This document shows positions 57,181 through 64,000 of a stretch of 64,000 nucleotides of DNA, piece by piece. The translations under genes and the position numbers were made by a program. Position 1 is the stretch's first letter; the number at the start of each line of letters is the position of its first letter. The notes beneath the pieces were generated by a model that was not told the DNA's origin, ran no database searches, and saw nothing but the letters and a program-made list of their open reading frames with translations. Source of the stretch: Bdellovibrionales bacterium (GTDB taxonomy: Bacteria > Bdellovibrionota > Bdellovibrionia > Bdellovibrionales > UBA1609); NCBI GenBank assembly GCA_965203785.1, contig OZ241911.1, forward strand, positions 548,109 through 612,108, in the 5' to 3' direction.

Positions 57181-58437
57181 ATGAATCCATCTATAAAAAC
57201 TTTGGTCATTTTTGGAGAGCATTTTGAAGGAGGATATATCAATGGTTTGATCCAATTTGCAGAATCTCATAATATAAAAGTTATTTATTCCACTGTTGGG
57301 AGGCGAACCCCAGATGGACAATTAAGACCTTTAAATAAAGAAGAATTAACCAATTGGAAAAATAAATCTTACATTAATGTGCCTTTGGAAGCTGGTTTTG
57401 ATAAAGAACTTGTTTCATCTAATCTCACTTTAGCCGATTTGTGCAATCGAGCCGGACGAGATAATTGGGAACACTTTCAGGTAGACCAAAAAGCTCTTGA
57501 GTTAGCTCGTAGCAGGGGTTCCGAATCTTTTTGCCAAAGAACTCGACAATGGATAACTGAACTATCTCACCTCTTACCTAAAAAGGGAGATATTTTAATT
57601 GCTCACACAATGGCTGGAGGAGTGCCACGGTGTCGTGTGTTTATGCCTATATTAAATCGAGTACTCAAAGGATTAGGTGAAAGGTTTTTTTCTTCCAAGG
57701 TATTTTGGCAGTCAGATTTAGGGCAGTTTTGTGCAAAAAATTTTGATGAAGTGACCGCCCAAACCTATAAGTATTTGATCGAACTGACTCAAAAATTAAG
57801 AGAAAAATTGCAATCTCAAGGGAGAAAAATATTTTATACAGCTTATAGTTATCACGGCACAAAAGTTTTAATTGATGATCAATATCAATGGCAAAGCTAT
57901 GCTCCTTATCTTCAGGGGTTTGCGAAATTGGAATTAGAAAATATCTCTCAAAAATTTTTTAAAAAAGGAGTTAATACTTGTATCTTTAATGTGCCAGAAA
58001 TACTTACAAAATCCAGTGCTGTGTTCCCAGGTGTTGAAATTCCCCTCTATGCTTTATTGGGTGCACTTAAAAAATCCAACATCTCTGATGTTTCCCAATC
58101 ACTTATTAATTCTTGTTTAAAACATTTGAAACCCAACAGTTTGCCTAATATAATGGAAATCACAACTAATTATTTTTTATCTCCAGAGGTTCAAAAACAA
58201 ACTGTTTTTGATAAATGGCCTCAACACAATACAGAAGAACATATCCAGTTAATGTTAGAGACTTCTGCTTGTTTAAAAAATCTACATAACGATCCATCTC
58301 AAATGATTACAGAAAAACTAAGCCAAGTGGTGTTAAAAAATTGTGGAGAAGTTATGTTTCAAACGTTTAAAAAACCTATGTTGCACCGTGCAGTCGAATG
58401 GATTGGACACGAAGAAATTGCAAATCAGGTCAGTTGA
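57181..58437 (+). CDS. Probable FabMG-family enoyl-ACP reductase
   Basis: Motifs recalled for this family: FGE.F..GY.NGL, YSTVGRR, PLEAGFD, HTMAGGVP, YHGT, WQSYAPYLQGFAK; needs HMM confirmation. Confidence 0.5.
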   Translation: MNPSIKTLVIFGEHFEGGYINGLIQFAESHNIKVIYSTVGRRTPDGQLRPLNKEELTNWKNKSYINVPLEAGFDKELVSSNLTLADLCNRAGRDNWEHFQVDQKALELARSRGSESFCQRTRQWITELSHLLPKKGDILIAHTMAGGVPRCRVFMPILNRVLKGLGERFFSSKVFWQSDLGQFCAKNFDEVTAQTYKYLIELTQKLREKLQSQGRKIFYTAYSYHGTKVLIDDQYQWQSYAPYLQGFAKLELENISQKFFKKGVNTCIFNVPEILTKSSAVFPGVEIPLYALLGALKKSNISDVSQSLINSCLKHLKPNSLPNIMEITTNYFLSPEVQKQTVFDKWPQHNTEEHIQLMLETSACLKNLHNDPSQMITEKLSQVVLKNCGEVMFQTFKKPMLHRAVEWIGHEEIANQVS

Positions 58438-58567
58438 AGTTATTAATTGATTGAATTTTAGTCAAAAGTGTATTTTTTACATTTTGAACTGTATTTATTT
58501 TAATAATTTTTGTGCATTATTTTAGTATCAGTTTTTACTATTAGTATCAATTGTTATTAAAAAGGTC

Positions 58568-60766
58568 ATGCATATTATGAAACTAAAAAAACTATTTTTT
58601 TATATATTGTACATGTTTTTGTTATACACAATCAACGGACATTATGTCGTAGGGGCAAGTACTTGCCAAAATATTTTTAGTTCAGATAATTTAGCAAAAT
58701 CAGATACAAAAGATATCACTTCTTCAGATCTAAAGTTTTCTATAGATTCTTTTATTCAAAAGATGACTCAAACTTTTATTCAAAAGATGACTCAAAATTT
58801 ACTGTTACATGAAAACCAAGTTGATTTATTGCGTTTTTATATATTGCGTTCTTTTTCTTCAGGTGAGTTGATTACAGTATTGGATCCTCGTTTATTTGTA
58901 ACATTATTTGACACTTTAAAACGATATCCTCATTTGTCTAAACCAATGGTAAGAGAGCAAATAATTAGTTTTTATGATATACAACCTAATAAAGACCGTT
59001 CGGTACCAAAAGAACTCATCGATTCTATTAGTTCGTTTAAAAAAACATCCAGCCAATTAAGAAACAATCTTTTTCAGATAGAAGCGAATTATGGTTTTTG
59101 GATAAAGTTATTAAATTTTCCACTATTAGAGCTGGAATCGACTTTAAATAAAAAAGAACAACAATTACAAAAACAGGAGTATAAAAATCAATTTATTAGC
59201 TATTTAGATACGACAGCATTAAATAAAGACACAAGGGAGATTATTAAAAATCCTGATCTGGGCTATAAAGATAGAACATTTATATTATACAAAGCTTTAA
59301 ATGAGATTAAACAATTGGTTTTATCTAAAACAGATGATAGTGAGTCTTTAAAAACAGCTCAAAAAATATCGCAAGCTATGGCAGAACTCATTCACACATC
59401 AGGTTTTGGCAATCAAAACTTAGTAAAGTTATTAAATAATAATAGCTATGAAGATAAAGTGCAAGCTGTGGATAAAATACTTAATGAGCGAGAAGCAATG
59501 GCACAAGAATTAGGTTTCGGTTTCACAGATTTTTTAACACTTAAAACTCATTTAAAAGCTAACATAGCTAATGTAGAGGATAAATTAAAAATGTCAAAAG
59601 ATATTCATAAAGAAGTTATATATTCTGAAAATGAATTAACTACATATAGGTTACGATCTCTTTCTATTCAAGAATCCCCTTTTAGATCTTGTTTAAGTGG
59701 AGACTGTGCGTCTCGGACCTATTTTGGAAAAGCTTTAGACCCTAATTATCTTTATTTTACTTTAACAGATAAAAATAATAAATCATCAGGTCATGTGACT
59801 GTTGTTTTAGGGGAGTCCGAAAACCATAAATCTATTAAAGTTCGCACAGCTTTTATAGATAAAATACAAGCAGTAGCTGAAGAACATTTATCAGCTATGT
59901 TAGAGGGTATTCGCTTAAGCCTTAAAGAAATAGGTTATGAGTTAGCTCTTCCTGTTGATATAGGTTCGGTGAATGGTTTATCTAACCAAGAAGGCATACA
60001 AAATTCAATTAAGAAAATACTACCTACTTTACAAAATAAATTAGAAAATTTTACCCCTCATTACCATGACTATGTATTTCCAGATGGCTTTTCAAGAGCT
60101 CATGCTCGATTAACTCTTTTGAGAGTAGAACATCTTAATGTAAAAGATGCAAAAATTCAAAAAGGGGAATTATTTGATGTTTACTATGATGAAACATTCA
60201 GTAAATCAGATCTAGAATCTCTTGTATCTTTAAGATATTCTGAAAAAGAAACTGATCAAAGGGAATTTGTAAAATCTTTGTTTGTTTTAATCGATATTCC
60301 GGGTACTCAGATTCTAATTACTGAGTCAGATGCCATTAATCATTTATATAATATTATACGAAATACAAATTTCTCTTTTCTTTTTAGAAAACAAGTTTTT
60401 TTTCAGTTTATTCAATTTATTGAATCTCATAATATGGACTCTATTATACTCCCTGACTATGGATTGATGGAATATGATGATATACACAGCGTGATATTTT
60501 TAAAGCAAGTTACTTTGTCATTTTCTGAGAAAGAAATTCATTCTATTATAGGTGAAATGAGTAATTGGAAAACATCTTTAGGTTATAGAGAAGATTTTGT
60601 CAACCAATTAAAAAAATCAAAGACTAGTCATTATGATTTTAATAAAATGAAAGCATTGGTAAAATCTCAGTGGTATCCTCTTTTAGGGAAAGACGATATA
60701 GAATATATGAGAAATGTAAGATTTAATAGAGTGCTGAAAAGTAGTGATGTTAAATCACGTTTATAG
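58568..60766 (+). CDS. Large secreted hypothetical protein with CxxxF motif
   Basis: Signal-like N-terminus, ASTCQNIF; central SPFRSCLSGDCAS..Y block. Confidence 0.75.
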   Translation: MHIMKLKKLFFYILYMFLLYTINGHYVVGASTCQNIFSSDNLAKSDTKDITSSDLKFSIDSFIQKMTQTFIQKMTQNLLLHENQVDLLRFYILRSFSSGELITVLDPRLFVTLFDTLKRYPHLSKPMVREQIISFYDIQPNKDRSVPKELIDSISSFKKTSSQLRNNLFQIEANYGFWIKLLNFPLLELESTLNKKEQQLQKQEYKNQFISYLDTTALNKDTREIIKNPDLGYKDRTFILYKALNEIKQLVLSKTDDSESLKTAQKISQAMAELIHTSGFGNQNLVKLLNNNSYEDKVQAVDKILNEREAMAQELGFGFTDFLTLKTHLKANIANVEDKLKMSKDIHKEVIYSENELTTYRLRSLSIQESPFRSCLSGDCASRTYFGKALDPNYLYFTLTDKNNKSSGHVTVVLGESENHKSIKVRTAFIDKIQAVAEEHLSAMLEGIRLSLKEIGYELALPVDIGSVNGLSNQEGIQNSIKKILPTLQNKLENFTPHYHDYVFPDGFSRAHARLTLLRVEHLNVKDAKIQKGELFDVYYDETFSKSDLESLVSLRYSEKETDQREFVKSLFVLIDIPGTQILITESDAINHLYNIIRNTNFSFLFRKQVFFQFIQFIESHNMDSIILPDYGLMEYDDIHSVIFLKQVTLSFSEKEIHSIIGEMSNWKTSLGYREDFVNQLKKSKTSHYDFNKMKALVKSQWYPLLGKDDIEYMRNVRFNRVLKSSDVKSRL
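58749..58796 (+). repeat. Perfect 24-bp tandem duplication (in frame)
   Basis: CTTTTATTCAAAAGATGACTCAAA x2, giving FIQKMTQ twice. Confidence 0.95.
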
Positions 60767-60811
60767 TGGGATTAATAATTGATTTTAAGAATGTAAAAAT
60801 CAACATTCCAT

Positions 60812-63187
60812 TTATTTGATGGGTCTTTTTTTTACTTCCATAAACCCTTTAATCGTTGCAGAAAATACATTAATTAAATGCTCACGATCCATTTGTAAAG
60901 TCCAATCACTAGCTGGTAACTGAGACATTCCAAGTTTACAAGTTGAGCAATTCCTCCATATAGAATGAGTTTGTAATTGAAACATATCCCACCAATCGTT
61001 TAAACCTTTATAGAGAGAATTGTGAGGTGTTTGATGAGTAAGTTTTTTGTGAAAGATAACATACGCATATAAATCAGGTGTAAACTTAACCGCCTCTTCC
61101 CAACCCAACATATCCACGACTGTTCGATTAATGTATCCTTCAAAAATAGGGAAAGCTTTCCATATTTCTGGATGATCTAAAATAAAATCGTTGTTGATAT
61201 CAAATCTAATAAATACGGTTTCAATAAAATAAACTCCCATTAGAATATTTTTTAAGTGCCATCGTGTAATATATTTTTCTGAATCGTATGCGGTTTGTGT
61301 TTCAAAAGCAATGTGGATTAAAGATTTTGTAAAACTTTGTTTTTTATGATTAGACATTGCTTTAATAGAATTTTTAAAATCAGGTAAATTTGGTAGGTTT
61401 TTAATCAGTAAATTCAGTAAATGTTTGTTTACACAAGCCATCTTATATCCCATAACTTCTGGTTTGCAAACTTTTTGTAAAGCTGGTTCTACCACTTGTA
61501 AAGTAGAACTAATAGACACAGTGTAAGCTAAGTATTCTGTCATTTCGCGGGTGGTTATGTATTCTGGCTCTTTCCAATTGGGATTAAAACCTTGAGTCGA
61601 GGGTGTCACTGTATTTGCTAAAATAAACTCGGTATCTCCATAAGATAAAACAGAATTGGGTGATTTTTCGAACCATCCCATATCTTCTGCTATGGAGTTA
61701 ATATCATAAAAAAATTGTTTAAGTTCAGAGTGTGTCATACCTGTTTTAAGATTTGTTTTCTGATATCCCATTTGTATCATTTGAATCATCTGATGATATA
61801 AATTATAAAGTGTTGCAGTTTTATAATTATGTTTAGTCATTCGAGATAAATCAAAAAAAACAGAATGCGATATCTCTACTTGCTGGCTTGTTTGATAGAA
61901 TGGCTTGAGAGATAATATTTGGTAAATGTCTTTTAGAATTTGACCAGGGAATACATTTTTAGAAAAATAATTTTGACTGAATATATTATTCTTAGATTGT
62001 TTAATCGCTTGATTAAATAATAACTGAATACTCATCCAATTATTAATGACCAACTTCATTTTTTTTATACGTTTGGGGTCTAATTCTATCAATCTATAAT
62101 TTTCTTTATTTGTATTAAATATCACTCCTAAAATAATTTGCATCATATTACGAAGCGATGTCGACCGAAAGTATTGTGGAATAATGTTTATAGATTGTAG
62201 ATAATTAGTCATTCGGAGTAATTCTTTTTCTTTAATTGTATTTTGAGAGTGAGAGTTGACACTGGCAGAAAGAAAATTCATTAAATTTTGGATTAAAGAG
62301 TTAATGGAGTTTATATTTTTAGGTGTTATCAAATGAGTTTGCTGGGTTAAAGCCATGTAGTGAATGCTGATATTGATCAGATGAGATATCCCTAATAAAA
62401 AACGCCTCCATTCGTGAGGTTGAATGACATCAAAAGATCCATTGACAATAAATTGTTTGATCATTCGCCCAGTTTGTATTTGTTCTTGTAAATTTGGTAA
62501 ACTCACTTGGTTATCAATCACTAAATCTAATTCATGAATTAAAGTATACATATCAGAAAAAGAATACGAATGGGCAAATTGATTGAGAAAAACAGAAATA
62601 TGATCCACTGATTTCATAAAATCAGATGTAATTTTATAATTATTGTTTATTAAATAAGCCGTGTTATTTCTATTATATAGTGCTTGAATATGAGGCTGTA
62701 GAAACAACATTTCGTCCTTAATGACATTCAGAAATACAACTAATCTGTCTATATCTTCTATGGTGAGCTTATGAGGAGTTCCTCCTATGATCATTGTTTT
62801 TAAAGTTGCTAGTTGGTGAAGAAGGGAATCGTTGATGACCTGGTTTTGCATAATAAAATCATGGATAAATTTTCTTAGTTCGTTAGGTGTAAATTCTCCT
62901 TTTTTATTTCCACGAGCATTTTCTTTAAAACTTTCTAAAGATTTTTTTATACATTCAAACATGTTGTTAAATAATCGAGATACAGTGCGACCTTTTAAAT
63001 ATTTTGTAATAGCTGGATCTAATGAGTTTAAACAACCAGAAGAAAGACTATCTTCGGTTAATGTATGAGAGGTTAAATGCGTTTCCCCAATTTGTAGATG
63101 GCAACTGGTTTGAAGTAATCCAATTAATAATGTCCAGTTTATGACATGTTTTAAAACCCTATTTTGTTTAATCGATTTCATATTCAA
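60812..63187 (-). CDS. Large putative lipoprotein, unknown function
   Basis: Lipobox-like LQTSC; helical body; one EF-hand-like RFDINNDFILDHPEI. Confidence 0.7.
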   Translation of the reverse strand: MNMKSIKQNRVLKHVINWTLLIGLLQTSCHLQIGETHLTSHTLTEDSLSSGCLNSLDPAITKYLKGRTVSRLFNNMFECIKKSLESFKENARGNKKGEFTPNELRKFIHDFIMQNQVINDSLLHQLATLKTMIIGGTPHKLTIEDIDRLVVFLNVIKDEMLFLQPHIQALYNRNNTAYLINNNYKITSDFMKSVDHISVFLNQFAHSYSFSDMYTLIHELDLVIDNQVSLPNLQEQIQTGRMIKQFIVNGSFDVIQPHEWRRFLLGISHLINISIHYMALTQQTHLITPKNINSINSLIQNLMNFLSASVNSHSQNTIKEKELLRMTNYLQSINIIPQYFRSTSLRNMMQIILGVIFNTNKENYRLIELDPKRIKKMKLVINNWMSIQLLFNQAIKQSKNNIFSQNYFSKNVFPGQILKDIYQILSLKPFYQTSQQVEISHSVFFDLSRMTKHNYKTATLYNLYHQMIQMIQMGYQKTNLKTGMTHSELKQFFYDINSIAEDMGWFEKSPNSVLSYGDTEFILANTVTPSTQGFNPNWKEPEYITTREMTEYLAYTVSISSTLQVVEPALQKVCKPEVMGYKMACVNKHLLNLLIKNLPNLPDFKNSIKAMSNHKKQSFTKSLIHIAFETQTAYDSEKYITRWHLKNILMGVYFIETVFIRFDINNDFILDHPEIWKAFPIFEGYINRTVVDMLGWEEAVKFTPDLYAYVIFHKKLTHQTPHNSLYKGLNDWWDMFQLQTHSIWRNCSTCKLGMSQLPASDWTLQMDREHLINVFSATIKGFMEVKKRPIK

Positions 63188-64000
63188 CCTTTACAGTGAT
63201 GCGATCATTTTGTTTGTAGGTATTAAAAAATCCTTTATTTTTGTTGTCTTCGCTTTCACCACTACCTAATATGTCTGCCTGAATAACGAATTGAAGTTGA
63301 GGAGTGATGTGCCAATCAATACTGAAACTTAAGAGATCTCCTTGATCGGGGATGGAATGCCAATATTTACTATTTATGGAGAAGTGTTGTGTTCTCCATT
63401 TAAATGGTCGGCTCTTTATTGCAAAAGAGTATCCATGATACAGTTTAAAACGATCCATAGAAGGTTTTTTCCCTTTCAGATGGGGATTGGTTTTTATTTG
63501 ATCATTGTTAGCTTCTTTAAAATGGGAATGAATAAAATTAAAATCTATAAAGCTCATAATCCAATTTTGCGGTAAGTGCAATCTAATATGTGACGAAACA
63601 AAAAAAGCTTGTGGCAATAAAGGTATTTCTCGATTTTTAATGGTTTTTGTTCGTCGGGGTTGCTCTTGAGTAACAGATAAAACAGCTGATAACCATTTTT
63701 CTCTGGTTCCAAACTCAGCAGAAAACAAAGAATGGGGAAATAGCTGGTAAAAAATAACATTGTTTATCACTGTTTTTTTTAAAGAAAGCACACTATCTAC
63801 TGTGAAGTAGATTTGATTCATGGGTTTTCTGGCATAAGATAAGCTCATCCACTGTTTCTGAATATCCCCTACACGCATGCGAAAAGCAATGCTGTCGTTA
63901 AGTAAAATGTTTTTCAAATAAGGAGTGTTCATCCAGTAAAGAGTTTCGATCCGTTGGTTAAAAAGAAGTAAATTAGAAGCTGGCGGTGTAAACCATCGAC
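63168..64000 (-). CDS. Putative outer-membrane beta-barrel protein (5'-truncated by window edge)
   Basis: Frame open from the window edge (RWFTPPASNLL...) through MNTPY; amphipathic strands, C-terminal NDRITVKVEY. Confidence 0.6.
   Translation of the reverse strand, partial: RWFTPPASNLLLFNQRIETLYWMNTPYLKNILLNDSIAFRMRVGDIQKQWMSLSYARKPMNQIYFTVDSVLSLKKTVINNVIFYQLFPHSLFSAEFGTREKWLSAVLSVTQEQPRRTKTIKNREIPLLPQAFFVSSHIRLHLPQNWIMSFIDFNFIHSHFKEANNDQIKTNPHLKGKKPSMDRFKLYHGYSFAIKSRPFKWRTQHFSINSKYWHSIPDQGDLLSFSIDWHITPQLQFVIQADILGSGESEDNKNKGFFNTYKQNDRITVKVEYEID

Overview
AT-rich bacterial chromosomal segment whose gene content (ribF-pilB-pilT-pilC-pilS-pilR block, many lineage-specific lipoproteins and beta-barrels) suggests a Bdellovibrionota-like or related organism; the taxonomy is inference. 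Housekeeping genes include clpB (no N-domain), ribE-ribB(X)-ribH, hutG, a GT2, a eukaryote-type AdoMetDC with speE, ldcA-mpl, cysS, rnc, der, skp-fabZ, ribF, type IV pilus genes, pgsA, glpX, a probable FabMG enoyl-ACP reductase, tRNA-Pro(GGG) and tRNA-His(GTG). Two items stand out. (1) A ~12 kb six-gene defence operon (SNF2 helicase, 60-aa protein, zinc-hook ABC/SMC ATPase with an RxxxxxH HEPN-like motif, type III Mod, Schlafen/AlbA_2 protein, type III Res) lies between two paralogous secreted-protein genes next to tRNA-Pro, with no integrase. (2) Seven secreted proteins, mostly unrelated, share a signal peptide followed by a C-x3-F motif, a candidate lineage-specific sorting or export signal. 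Also present are a pentapeptide-repeat gene bracketed by copies of its own 3' end, a 1777-aa lipoprotein and many short tandem duplications. No CRISPR array, rRNA, transposase, integrase or reverse transcriptase was seen. All calls come from motif reading by eye, without database searches.
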